The position numbers were made by a program, and so were the translations under genes. From Clostridia bacterium (GTDB lineage: Bacteria > Bacillota > Clostridia > TANB77 > CAG-465), in assembly GCA_030524345.1 (NCBI GenBank), contig JAUNGP010000003.1:3775-67774 (forward strand): a stretch of DNA of 64,000 nt. Reading direction: 5' to 3'. Positions 55,195-64,000 of the stretch are shown one piece after another; the first letter of the stretch is position 1, and each line of letters opens with the position of its first letter. The notes below the pieces were generated by a model, which did not search any database, had not been told where the DNA came from, and saw only the letters and a program-made list of their open reading frames with translations.

Positions 55195-57210
55195 TTAATT
55201 AAAATTTTCCGTTCTTGTACTCACTGCTTCCCCATCAACATATATTGTAAGGACTGCACTAGTATATCCATTAATATCAAATGATATTGAGCTTTGACTA
55301 ACTGGAATTGTCTGCTCATTAAATACATTATTTGTTGGTCCACCATCAATACTTGCAGTTACTCTCACTTTAGCATCCTCTTCTTGTTTTCCACCTAATA
55401 AGTCGGACATCTTAAGTGTAACTGTTTTTGTTTTTAATAGTCTATTGACAGTAATCTCAACTAAATCGCCTTCTTTTAATTCTTGATTTTCTGGATAACT
55501 TTGGGCTATTACAATTCCATTTGCTTTTGTACTATCTTCACCAGTTTTTACGCTTACAGTAAGTTTCTTATCCTCTAATGTTTTCTTTGCCACTTCCTCA
55601 GTAGCTCCCAAAACATTTGGCATTACAACACTTGTTTTTCCATCTCCTATACTAACATTTAATTTAATTGTACTTCCATATGGTCTCATCTCATTTTTAT
55701 ATTCTTGCGATATAACAATTCCCGCTGCAATCTTATCACTAATCACTTCTACTTTTTCGACTTTAAAGCCTTTTGTATCCTCCAATTCATATTTTGCTAC
55801 TTTATAGTCTTTATTTGTTACATCTGATACTTCTACAAGTTTTACACCTTTACTTACAATCACATATATTTTCCTATCTTTTGTCATTGTACCAGCTTCA
55901 GGTCTTTGGGAAATGATTTTTCCAGCCTCCATTTCCTCATCATATTCTTCACTGTCCTGCAATACCTCAAATCCCTGCTCTTTATATATTTTTACCATTT
56001 CCTCATATGATTTTCCAACCAAACTTGGTATCTCTACCTCACTATTTGAATTTTTATCAGCTGATATTTTCTTTGCTATTTTGATTCCAAAAAATGTACA
56101 AATTAATATTAATATCACTGCAAATACAGCTATAATTATCAAATTTTTCTTCTTGTCTTTTTTCTTTTTTATCTTTTCATCTTCTGCATCGTCTTTACTA
56201 AATGGCTCATTTGGTGACCTATTATCCCTTGCATAACTGCTTCTAGTTCCATTTCCTGGTTGCCTAGTTCTAATATTTGGTATTGCTTTTTCAGAGCTAT
56301 ACATATCAGAAGAAATAGTAGGAATCACTTGTGTAGCCCCGGCTTCAACAGAAGTTGTATTTCTAGCAATCATTGTATTTGGTTTTGATAATGCTATCGA
56401 AATATCAGTAAGAAGTGCTGTGGCATTTTGGTATCGTTCTGCCGTACTTTTTGCCATGGCTTTCAATATAATTTGATTTAGAGCTGGTGTAACATTTGGA
56501 TTGACAACTGCTGGCTCTTCTGGTTCCTCCTGAATATGTTTTAATGCCACAGATACTGGAGATTCACCATCAAATGGTAATTTACCAGTAGCCATTTCAT
56601 ACATAACAACACCCAAAGAATATATATCAGATTTCTCATCAGTATATCCACCTTTTGCATGTTCTGGAGAAAAATAATGTACAGATCCCATTGTTGATCC
56701 AAAACTAGTAATCGTTGCACTAGTTGTATTGGTTATCTTAGCAATTCCAAAATCAGTTACCTTTGCAACTAAATTTTTATTTAATATAATATTATGTGGC
56801 TTTATATCTCTATGAATAATATGTGCTCTATGCGCAGTCTCTAAAGCAGAAGCAATTTGTGCAGCTATCTTTAATGTAATTTCGCTAGACAATGCACCAT
56901 GTTCTTCTATATAATCCTTTAATGTTTTATTTTCGAGTAATTCCATAACAATATAGTTTATATTTCCATCTGTGCCTACATCATATACAGATACAATATT
57001 AGAATGAGTAAGAGAAGCAGCTGATTGAGCTTCTGCTCTAAACCTTTTTACAAACATTTCATCCTTAGCATACTCTTCTTTTAATATTTTTATAGCAACC
57101 AATCTATTTAAAAGTTTACATCTAGCTTTATAAACATAGGCCATTCCGCCTTCACCAATTTTTTCTAAAATCTCATATCTATTGGCAAGTAATTTACCTA
57201 TCATTTCCAT
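55195..57210 (-). CDS. prkC: Ser/Thr protein kinase PrkC (Hanks kinase, TM segment, three PASTA repeats)
   Basis: Contains GEGGMAYVYKA, VAIK, HRDIKPHN and DFGIA. A TM segment (LIIIAVFAVILILICTFFGI) is followed by three PASTA-like repeats. Confidence 0.95.
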   Translation of the reverse strand: MEMIGKLLANRYEILEKIGEGGMAYVYKARCKLLNRLVAIKILKEEYAKDEMFVKRFRAEAQSAASLTHSNIVSVYDVGTDGNINYIVMELLENKTLKDYIEEHGALSSEITLKIAAQIASALETAHRAHIIHRDIKPHNIILNKNLVAKVTDFGIAKITNTTSATITSFGSTMGSVHYFSPEHAKGGYTDEKSDIYSLGVVMYEMATGKLPFDGESPVSVALKHIQEEPEEPAVVNPNVTPALNQIILKAMAKSTAERYQNATALLTDISIALSKPNTMIARNTTSVEAGATQVIPTISSDMYSSEKAIPNIRTRQPGNGTRSSYARDNRSPNEPFSKDDAEDEKIKKKKDKKKNLIIIAVFAVILILICTFFGIKIAKKISADKNSNSEVEIPSLVGKSYEEMVKIYKEQGFEVLQDSEEYDEEMEAGKIISQRPEAGTMTKDRKIYVIVSKGVKLVEVSDVTNKDYKVAKYELEDTKGFKVEKVEVISDKIAAGIVISQEYKNEMRPYGSTIKLNVSIGDGKTSVVMPNVLGATEEVAKKTLEDKKLTVSVKTGEDSTKANGIVIAQSYPENQELKEGDLVEITVNRLLKTKTVTLKMSDLLGGKQEEDAKVRVTASIDGGPTNNVFNEQTIPVSQSSISFDINGYTSAVLTIYVDGEAVSTRTENFN

Positions 57211-57267
57211 ATTTTTCTCTCCTTTATATTTTTTATCTATTTCTAAATGCTTATTGTTTATAACTTT

Positions 57268-57627
57268 CTACACATTTGTTATACTTACGATTTGGGGCTT
57301 TGAAGTTACGGCACCAACTGCTAACTTAAATGTTACTTTGATATCTGGATGCTCTTCTGGTACAGTGATGTCATATTGCCCATTTCCACTCCATAAATCA
57401 AAAGCTACTTTATGATTTCCGACTGTTGCTGGAACGCTTACTTCCTTTCCAGAACTGATTGTTGCTACTAAGGATCCATCCATAAAAACTTTGATTGGAA
57501 CAAGTGAGCCATAAAATTGCTTCTCTCTTGCAAAAATAATTGTCCCCATCTTATTAATTTCAAATCCACAATTTGTACAAAATCTAGCATCATCTGCTAC
57601 CTTTTTGCCACATTGATTACAAAACAT
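57268..57627 (-). CDS. zinc-ribbon domain protein
   Basis: Starts MFCNQCGKKVADDARFCTNCG, followed by a ~90-aa beta-rich domain. Confidence 0.7.
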   Translation of the reverse strand: MFCNQCGKKVADDARFCTNCGFEINKMGTIIFAREKQFYGSLVPIKVFMDGSLVATISSGKEVSVPATVGNHKVAFDLWSGNGQYDITVPEEHPDIKVTFKLAVGAVTSKPQIVSITNV

Positions 57628-57643
57628 ATTTCTTCTCTCCTTT

Positions 57644-58384
57644 TTATATTTTCACGATCACTACTGTTATATTATCATTCCCACCATGAAGATTCGCTTT
57701 AAAAACAAGCTTTGTCGCCAATTCCTCAAATTTATATTTTCTCATAATATTTAGTATTTCAGAACTAGTAACCATATTTGTAAGACCATCTGTACATAAA
57801 AGCAAATATCCGCTCTTAGCATTTAGTTTTCTCACTACTACATCTACTTTACTAAATATACCAATTGCTTTCGTAAGTACATGTTTCTGTGGATGATTTT
57901 CCACTTCTTCAGGACGAATTGCATTAGTTCTAAGTAATTCATTCACATACGTATCATCTTCTGTTACTTGCCTTATATGTGTTAAATGATCATCTAAAAA
58001 ATATAATCTACTATCCCCAATTGACAAATAGTACATTTTATCATAGATTTTAGTAATTAACACAATGGTTGTTCCCATCCCTCTATACTTAACATCTGTT
58101 TTTTCTAGTCTATATATTTTTTCATTTGCAGCTAAGAGTGCTTTTGTAAGAATTGTTTTTACTTTAGCATCTGTTATAGACGCATCAATATTTTGAATGC
58201 TGTTTTCAAAATATTCAGTAAATACCTTGATAAGAAGACTACTAGCTACCTCTCCACTTTCATATCCTCCAAGTCCATCTGCTACTATAAATAAAGCTAT
58301 ATTTTCATTATATATTTTAGTGAAAAAGGCATCTTCATTATTACTTCTTTTCTTACCAACATCTGTCTTTGCTATAAAATCCAT
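57644..58384 (-). CDS. stp: PP2C-family Ser/Thr phosphatase (Stp/PrpC)
   Basis: Contains TDVGKKRSNNEDAF, VADGLGG, LCTDGLTN and GGNDNITVV. Confidence 0.9.
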   Translation of the reverse strand: MDFIAKTDVGKKRSNNEDAFFTKIYNENIALFIVADGLGGYESGEVASSLLIKVFTEYFENSIQNIDASITDAKVKTILTKALLAANEKIYRLEKTDVKYRGMGTTIVLITKIYDKMYYLSIGDSRLYFLDDHLTHIRQVTEDDTYVNELLRTNAIRPEEVENHPQKHVLTKAIGIFSKVDVVVRKLNAKSGYLLLCTDGLTNMVTSSEILNIMRKYKFEELATKLVFKANLHGGNDNITVVIVKI

Positions 58385-58456
58385 TATTCCACCTCTAACT
58401 CTTATAATCTATATTATATCAAAACACAAACAATTTTCAATACATTCTCTTAATTA

Positions 58457-59509
58457 TTATACATTAGTTTCTTTATTTTTATCGATATATTTCTTTCTTA
58501 ATTGCCCACAGGCAGCATCAATATCAGAACCAAGTTCACGCCTTACGGTAGTAACAATTCCACATGAATTAAGAGTATTCATAAATTGTTCTATACTTTT
58601 TTCCGTAGCTTTTTTATATACCCCATTTTTGATCTCATTTACCGGAATTAAGTTAACATGTGCAAGCATTCCTCTAAGTAGCTTAACAAGAGCCATTGCA
58701 TCTTCATGGCTATCATTTTTCCCACATATTAAAGCATATTCAAAGCTGATTCTTCTCCCTGTTATCTTAGTATATGACTTACATGCCTCTAAAAGTTCTT
58801 GAATGCTATATCTATTTGCAATTGGCATAATCTCTTTTCTTTTCTCATCTGTCGTTGCATGTAAAGATATGGATAATGTACATTGAATATTTTCTTCAGC
58901 CAGTTGATAAATTTTGGGTACAATACCACAAGTTGATACACTAATGTGTCTTGCTCCGATATTTAAACCAAGTGGACAATTAATCAGTCTAATTGATCTT
59001 ACAACATTATCATAATTGTCTAAGGGCTCACCAATTCCCATATATACTACATTTGAGATTTTTTCACCTGTATATCTTTCTACTGTGATAATTTGCCCCT
59101 CTATTTCACAAGCTCTAAGACTTCTTTCAAAGCCCTCCTTTGTCGAAGCGCAAAATTTGCATCCCATTTTACATCCAACTTGTGTAGAAACACAAAGCGT
59201 ATTTCCATGATGATATCTCATTAGCACAGATTCTATTGCACAATGATCATCTAGTCCTATTAAGAACTTCATAGTCCCATCTTTTTTTGACTTTTGGCAT
59301 TCCATTACTTCCATTCTCATGATATAGGTATTCTCACGAAGTTTCTCTCTTAAAGACTTCGAGATATCTGTCATTTCATCAAAACTAGTGACTCCCACTC
59401 TATGTAGCCATTTATATATTTGTGTTGCATGAAACTTTTTCTCATCTAAACGAATAATATACTTTTCCAGTTCTTCAAAATCTAAATCATTTATATTTAT
59501 CTTATCCAT
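58457..59509 (-). CDS. rlmN: 23S rRNA (adenine2503-C2)-methyltransferase RlmN
   Basis: Radical-SAM cluster CKMGCKFC plus MGIGEPLDN and the downstream GSDIDAACGQL. Confidence 0.95.
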   Translation of the reverse strand: MDKININDLDFEELEKYIIRLDEKKFHATQIYKWLHRVGVTSFDEMTDISKSLREKLRENTYIMRMEVMECQKSKKDGTMKFLIGLDDHCAIESVLMRYHHGNTLCVSTQVGCKMGCKFCASTKEGFERSLRACEIEGQIITVERYTGEKISNVVYMGIGEPLDNYDNVVRSIRLINCPLGLNIGARHISVSTCGIVPKIYQLAEENIQCTLSISLHATTDEKRKEIMPIANRYSIQELLEACKSYTKITGRRISFEYALICGKNDSHEDAMALVKLLRGMLAHVNLIPVNEIKNGVYKKATEKSIEQFMNTLNSCGIVTTVRRELGSDIDAACGQLRKKYIDKNKETNV

Positions 59510-59545
59510 GATTATCTCCTATCTAAATTTATGATTAACACATAT

Positions 59546-59574
59546 ATATTACTATAAAATTACAAAAAATTCAA
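59546..59574 (-). promoter_or_regulatory. sigma-A type promoter for rlmN-stp-(zn)-prkC
   Basis: Reverse strand reads TTGAAT, 17 nt, TAATAT. Confidence 0.45.
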
Positions 59575-59616
59575 TAAAATATACGATTTAGACATAGAAA
59601 ATCTTTCAGCCAAAAA

Positions 59617-59651
59617 ATGAATCCTCCTTATCAACGATAAGAAAGATTCAT
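59617..59651 (-). terminator. hairpin terminator
   Basis: ATGAATCCTCCTTATC / GATAAGAAAGATTCAT pairs at 14 of 16 positions and is followed by TTTTTT on the reverse strand. Confidence 0.6.
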
Positions 59652-59662
59652 AAAATATTTTT

Positions 59663-60025
59663 CTAACCTGCTGTAACACCAAAAAACGAGATCAAAAATG
59701 TAACAAATATTGTTAAAAACATTAACAGATATGTTCCAGTACCAATCAAAGCAATTTTTAAATACTCTGTTGCTTCTTGATGATCTTTTTTCTGATATAC
59801 TAAAAGTAAAATAAAGCCAAAAATTGGTACTAAAAAAGAAATGATTTTCATGAAACTGTTCTTCTTGTTTTCTTTTATACGTTTTAATACTAGAAATAAT
59901 CCAACTAAGAAAACAATAACCATTAATATATTTCTTCCACAACTTAAATAATAAGAAAAACCTTTTCCAAGACTTGTCACATTTCCATAATTTGGTATCG
60001 TTGCACTCATTGCATATAAATTCAT
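59663..60025 (-). CDS. small multi-pass membrane protein
   Basis: 120 aa with three hydrophobic segments and an AAGGGGGAAG RBS. I prefer it to the overlapping ORF at 59631..59942. Confidence 0.6.
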   Translation of the reverse strand: MNLYAMSATIPNYGNVTSLGKGFSYYLSCGRNILMVIVFLVGLFLVLKRIKENKKNSFMKIISFLVPIFGFILLLVYQKKDHQEATEYLKIALIGTGTYLLMFLTIFVTFLISFFGVTAG

Positions 60026-60170
60026 TAATCTTCCCCCTTAATCAAAAACAATATCTCTTTCATCTATAAAATATAATTTTAGATGATACAAAATTTTAAC
60101 ATAGCAATTATTTTGTATCTTAGTAAACTGAATTTACTTTTTAAAATGATGTATACACTATTCAGATAAT

Positions 60171-60977
60171 TCAGTACTCCAAACTATCCTTTATATCATA
60201 CAAGCACTTCATCATATGTTCATACATTTCATTTGCTCTATTACTCTTTTTCATATCCTCATATATTTTCTCAAAATACTTCCCTTGAATAATCATATGA
60301 ATTGCCTCTTTAAAATGAAAGTCTTCAAAAATCCAGGACATTCTGGCAAATTGTGATTCCACGATCGTTTTACAATCCTTCATACTAGGAGATATATCAC
60401 TTAAAATTTGCTCATATATTAAATCTGAAATTTCTTCTGTATTCTCTCTTTCATTATACCAAATATATCTTTCTTCTTCATTCATCTTAGGAACAGATTC
60501 TGCCATTCCTTTATATATATCAAGTCTATCAGCATCTCTTATCATATTTAGAAAATAAATCTCTTTCTGTGTTAATTTTTCATCTATCTTTTCTACTTTG
60601 TATACATTATGATAATAGATCGCTTTATATACAATATTAAAATCCTCACAAGACAGATCTTTTAATATATTTTCTTCTTTTATAATCTGTGCACTATAAA
60701 TAGCATGATTTACCGTTGATTTATCATCATAGCTTCCATATTCAATATACTGTTTAAATCTACCTATATCATGAAATAGTCCTATCACTTCTGCAAGATG
60801 AATATCGTGCTTTGCAAGTTGACAGCTCTTTGCAATACGTAACATATTATCTCTGACTCTATAAGTATGTGCAAGTTTGTATTCTACAAGTGTCTTATCT
60901 TCTTTTTTATCACACATATTAATATATTGTAATGCATAATTTTTAAAGTACTCTTTGTAATAATCTATATTTTTCAT
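60171..60977 (-). CDS. HD-domain phosphohydrolase
   Basis: Contains H..RV, GLFHDIGRF and RDADRLD. Confidence 0.75.
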   Translation of the reverse strand: MKNIDYYKEYFKNYALQYINMCDKKEDKTLVEYKLAHTYRVRDNMLRIAKSCQLAKHDIHLAEVIGLFHDIGRFKQYIEYGSYDDKSTVNHAIYSAQIIKEENILKDLSCEDFNIVYKAIYYHNVYKVEKIDEKLTQKEIYFLNMIRDADRLDIYKGMAESVPKMNEEERYIWYNERENTEEISDLIYEQILSDISPSMKDCKTIVESQFARMSWIFEDFHFKEAIHMIIQGKYFEKIYEDMKKSNRANEMYEHMMKCLYDIKDSLEY

Positions 60978-61047
60978 TTTTTTCTTCCTCTCTTAATACT
61001 TATTTTTATCTTACTATACTTCTCTTATTTTTTCAAGAAAAATGAGA

Positions 61048-61067
61048 GAACTATTATACAATAGTTC
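61048..61067 (-). terminator. hairpin after the 61083 gene
   Basis: GAACTATT / AATAGTTC stem. The T-tract begins 6 nt further on. Confidence 0.4.
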
Positions 61068-61082
61068 CCCCATCTTTCATTT

Positions 61083-61958
61083 TTAACTTGTATACTTTGA
61101 TACTGAATCTGTGTCAAAAAATCCATTTGCTACATGGCTAAAGGCTGCCTCTTCTGCACTCCCGTATGACTGAATCATGTCCATGACTTCTTTTAATATC
61201 ACAAACAAATCAATTAAAGAAGGTTGCTTAAATTTCAACTCTTCGTATACATCTGACTCGTAGATCATATCAGTATCTTGTAAAATAAATACTGCAAGTC
61301 TTGGATCCAAAATTTTAAACATTTCCTGCTCTTTCACATCAATTCTATCTGATATTTCTTCATCTATCATGTTTAAGAGCAATGTTAAGATCTCAGCAAG
61401 GATAGAATTTAAGTTTTCAAAGTCTTCTCGTTGTTCTTTATCTTTCCAAAAATCATACAGTTTTTCTTTTAAAACAAAAGCAAATGAAAGTGCCAAATTA
61501 AAGTCTTTCACGTTAACAAAAGCGTAGATTACCTGAACAAGTGAGGAAAATTCTTCCTCAATTTTCTCTCTATCATTTAAAGTGCTATCTGTAACACATC
61601 TTGTCAACACCTCAATCACATTCACTTTAGAAGGTAAAATAGAATTTACAAAATTCATTTGAACGCTAAAAGGCATCTTCTCAAAATCTTTGATTTCTAT
61701 ATCGAACTCTTTTTTTATGATTTCAATTGCCTCTTTTGCAATATCAAGATAGCCTCCTTCCTTAATATTAACTGTATCAAATACATCTGTTGCAGCTATA
61801 TATGGAACATGAGTAATTACTTCTGACATGAACCGCAAATTCACAAAATCTCTCATAAGCTCCACTAGTTCTTTTTCTGTTCTTAAAATTTTCATTTTAA
61901 TATCTCCTTTCACAATTATGTTATATATATCTTTTTTTGTTCTAATACTATACCACAC
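61083..61958 (-). CDS. hypothetical acidic protein (the real start may be MKILRTEK at 61895)
   Basis: Long ORF with no recognised family. Confidence 0.55.
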   Translation of the reverse strand: MWYSIRTKKDIYNIIVKGDIKMKILRTEKELVELMRDFVNLRFMSEVITHVPYIAATDVFDTVNIKEGGYLDIAKEAIEIIKKEFDIEIKDFEKMPFSVQMNFVNSILPSKVNVIEVLTRCVTDSTLNDREKIEEEFSSLVQVIYAFVNVKDFNLALSFAFVLKEKLYDFWKDKEQREDFENLNSILAEILTLLLNMIDEEISDRIDVKEQEMFKILDPRLAVFILQDTDMIYESDVYEELKFKQPSLIDLFVILKEVMDMIQSYGSAEEAAFSHVANGFFDTDSVSKYTS

Positions 61959-61991
61959 TATGATTACAAAGTCAATAAAAGTATTTTCCCC

Positions 61992-62771
61992 TTAATCATA
62001 TCCAGCCATATATTGATAATAATCACTTAAGTAAATGACTGTGGCAATTCCTATTCCTGCTAATGCCAAACTAAGTATCATTGCAATAGGCATAACTCTT
62101 TCTGTCATATCAATAGAATTTTCTAGCATTTCTTTAGATACATCTTGTCCAGTTACAAAAGTCTTTATGACATCCGTTGTAAAATCAGGATACATTATAT
62201 ATACTTCTAATGTATAATCATTTGGAAAACCTCTTTTTAATAATACATGACGAATATATATATCTTTTATATCATAATTTTCTTTTAGATTCATTTCATT
62301 TTGCAATATCGCATTTTTAATTTTGTCAGCATTATCATCAATCCTTAGTTGGTATGTAGTACTTATACAATAGGTAATCAAAAGATAGCAAATCAAATAT
62401 GTGACCAGCAATATAGTAGTAACAAAAATGATGGTCCAAATAACGATGTTTCTTTTCTTTTTTCCTTTATAACGTACCAGTTTGATAAGATACATGATGA
62501 AAAATATAGCACCAATACACATCACTGATAAAAATGAAAAGAATAAGATAACAAGATATGGAATCATAAGACGTATTACTACATTACTTATTTCATAATA
62601 TATATGGTATAGCTTTGACCCTAAAATATTTACAATACCATCAATATCATTGATATGGATAAGTGCACCTTGAACTACTGCCAATGCACATAGGCTAATA
62701 AAAGAAATTGTGCTTATGATAAATAAAGTTACCATAATTTTATCCAATATTTTCATTTTCTTACACCTCAT
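61992..62771 (-). CDS. hypothetical membrane protein
   Basis: Four or five TM segments and a ~90-aa loop domain. It overlaps the fmt stop by 4 nt. Confidence 0.6.
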   Translation of the reverse strand: MRCKKMKILDKIMVTLFIISTISFISLCALAVVQGALIHINDIDGIVNILGSKLYHIYYEISNVVIRLMIPYLVILFFSFLSVMCIGAIFFIMYLIKLVRYKGKKKRNIVIWTIIFVTTILLVTYLICYLLITYCISTTYQLRIDDNADKIKNAILQNEMNLKENYDIKDIYIRHVLLKRGFPNDYTLEVYIMYPDFTTDVIKTFVTGQDVSKEMLENSIDMTERVMPIAMILSLALAGIGIATVIYLSDYYQYMAGYD

Positions 62772-63721
62772 ACAAATATGTCAGCAATACTCAATCGATT
62801 TCCAGCAAGAAAGGCAGATATATCCATTCTTTTTGAGTTCTCTGGTTGTATCTGAAGGATTTTAACATATCCATCATTACATCTTATATATAAACTATTT
62901 TTAGACATCAGTAGAATACTTCCATTTTCGATACTTTTATCAATACTTCCATCTTCTACTGCTTCTACTTGAAATACTTTGTATTTTTTACCGTTTTGAA
63001 GTTCCATATAAGTACCAGGAAAAGGACAAAGTCCCCTAACAAAATTATAAATATCCCTTGCATTTTTATGAAAGTCTATTTTTGTCATTTCACGATCAAT
63101 CATTGGTGCATAAGTAGCCCCATCAGGTTGTTTTTCACCTTTTACAGTTCCATCTAACAGACCATCTAATGTTTTGATCAAAAGTTTTGCTCCTACAACC
63201 ATCAAACGGTCATGAATATCTTCTAAATTATCTTTCTCTTGAATCTCCACTTCTTCTTTTAATAACATATCTCCAGTATCCATACCAGAATCCATAAACA
63301 TCGTAGTAATACCAGTTATTTTCTCACCATTTATAATGGCCCACTGCATTGGAGCAGAACCACGATACTTAGGAAGCAATGAGCCATGAACATTAATTGC
63401 ACCAAGACGTGGAATATCTAAGACTTCCTGTGGAAGTATCTTTCCATAAGCTACTACTACTAAAAAATCTGGACTCATTTCATTTAATATATCAATAACT
63501 TCCTGATTCTTTTTTACTTTATTTGGTTGATATACAGGTATATTTTTCTCTATTGCATACTCTTTTACAGAAGAATATTTCAGCTTCATTCCCCTTCCGG
63601 AAGGCTTATCAGGATTTGTAAAACAAGCCACAACATGATACCCAGATTCCACTAGTTCTTTTAATGACTCTCTTGCAAACTCTGGTGTTCCCATAAATAC
63701 TACTTTTATATCTTTTCTCAA
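62768..63721 (-). CDS. fmt: methionyl-tRNA formyltransferase
   Basis: Contains VFMGTPEFA, INVHGSLLPKYRGSAP and a C-terminal beta-barrel domain. TTG start after GGTGAGG. Confidence 0.9.
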   Translation of the reverse strand: MRKDIKVVFMGTPEFARESLKELVESGYHVVACFTNPDKPSGRGMKLKYSSVKEYAIEKNIPVYQPNKVKKNQEVIDILNEMSPDFLVVVAYGKILPQEVLDIPRLGAINVHGSLLPKYRGSAPMQWAIINGEKITGITTMFMDSGMDTGDMLLKEEVEIQEKDNLEDIHDRLMVVGAKLLIKTLDGLLDGTVKGEKQPDGATYAPMIDREMTKIDFHKNARDIYNFVRGLCPFPGTYMELQNGKKYKVFQVEAVEDGSIDKSIENGSILLMSKNSLYIRCNDGYVKILQIQPENSKRMDISAFLAGNRLSIADIFV

Positions 63722-63751
63722 ATTGCCTCACCCTTTCCAATCATATTTTTT

Positions 63752-63780
63752 ATATTACTACAAAAATAATAAAATAGCAA
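63752..63780 (-). promoter_or_regulatory. sigma-A type promoter for fmt
   Basis: Reverse strand reads TTGCTA, 17 nt, TAATAT. Confidence 0.45.
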
Positions 63781-63784
63781 GAAA

Positions 63785-63811
63785 AATAAGTAACTAAAAA
63801 AGTTACTTATT
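63785..63811 (-). terminator. hairpin terminator
   Basis: AATAAGTAACT / AGTTACTTATT stem followed by a T-rich run on the reverse strand. Confidence 0.6.
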
Positions 63812-63815
63812 CACA

Positions 63816-63998
63816 TTATATCTCAACACTTACCTTACTAAATTTATATTTTCCATCTTGGTATTTAAATATCACAGAGACATTTCCAAGATTTGGTTTC
63901 ATATTTTCTGCCTCTTTATATAAATATAGCATATGTTGACCAGTTATCAATTCAAGTGTTCCATCACTATCTATGTCTTTTAGTTCAAAGTTTGTAAA
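63816..63998 (-). CDS. C-terminal end of a protein with an FG-GAP/VCBS-like DxDxDG repeat (enters from the right edge)
   Basis: Absent from the ORF track. The reverse frame reads ...FTNFELKDIDSDGTLELITGQHMLYLYKEAENMKPNLGNVSVIFKYQDGKYKFSKVSVEI*. Confidence 0.45.
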   Translation of the reverse strand, partial: FTNFELKDIDSDGTLELITGQHMLYLYKEAENMKPNLGNVSVIFKYQDGKYKFSKVSVEI

Positions 63999-64000
63999 TT

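Noticed and set aside
58197-58802. 201-aa plus-strand ORF spanning the stp-rlmN junction (also 57182..57415, 57517..57702, 59016..59210 and 55913..56236).
   Set aside because: It is antisense to stp, rlmN and prkC, crosses an intergenic region, and has hydrophobic low-complexity composition. It looks like a shadow ORF.
59631-59942. 103-aa ORF overlapping 59663..60025 in another frame on the same strand.
   Set aside because: It runs through the terminator hairpin and has no RBS. The 120-aa frame has an AAGGGGGAAG RBS and clean TM segments.
1-64000. I searched for tRNA, rRNA, tmRNA, CRISPR repeats, IS elements, integrases and long direct or inverted repeats.
   Set aside because: I saw no GGTTCGA-type T-arms in intergenic DNA and no regularly spaced repeats. 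No transposase-like or recombinase-like ORF appears in the six-frame track. The only recurring sequence is the promoter consensus itself. A computational repeat scan would still be worthwhile.

Overview
This is a very AT-rich chromosomal segment; my hand counts of single 60-nt lines mostly give 15-33 % G+C. It looks like a low-GC Gram-positive, Clostridia-like spore former, since it carries LexA, the PASTA kinase PrkC, dipicolinate synthase subunit B and an Amidase_3 enzyme. I call about 62 protein genes, roughly 50 of them on the minus strand. Most are housekeeping genes for translation, RNA modification and central metabolism: trmL, comEB, lysS, greA, cdaA, glyQS, pnp, fba, xth, rnhB, rsmI, prfB, rpmF, argS, dxs, rho, rimO, lexA, pfkA, mtnN, rpe, rsgA, prkC, stp, rlmN and fmt. 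I saw no rRNA, tRNA, CRISPR array, transposase or integrase. The intergenic DNA is unusually easy to read. About 25 near-consensus sigma-A promoters (TTGACA-like, almost always exactly 17 nt, TATAAT-like, often TGn-extended) and about 30 hairpin terminators delimit most transcription units. They also show that several N-termini in the ORF track are too long. The items most worth follow-up are listed here. (1) Two acidic orphan proteins, one with a transglutaminase-like Cys/His/Asp core, share a ~50-aa C-terminal module and sit inside the xth-fba operon (14976-18177). (2) A ~3-kb island of higher GC (about 36.05-39.17 kb) holds five genes, each with its own promoter and four with a recognisable terminator: a NUDIX hydrolase and four orphans. 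(3) There are three unusual domain fusions: Rpe+AlkD-like, CYTH+TrmN6-like, and P-loop+Asp23. (4) An RNHCP-domain gene carries a 1-nt frameshift but keeps its promoter, RBS and translational coupling to a PPC/DUF296 gene. (5) The conserved fmt-rsmB-rlmN-stp-prkC-rsgA-rpe array is remodelled: rsmB and def are absent, orphan genes fill the gap, and a zinc-ribbon gene lies between stp and prkC. (6) The lexA promoter carries a triple CAAAC-N4-GTTTG operator. (7) dpaB is present without dpaA. I cannot name a known defence, secretion or mobile system in this window. The novelty claims are inferences from sequence and synteny, not database results.
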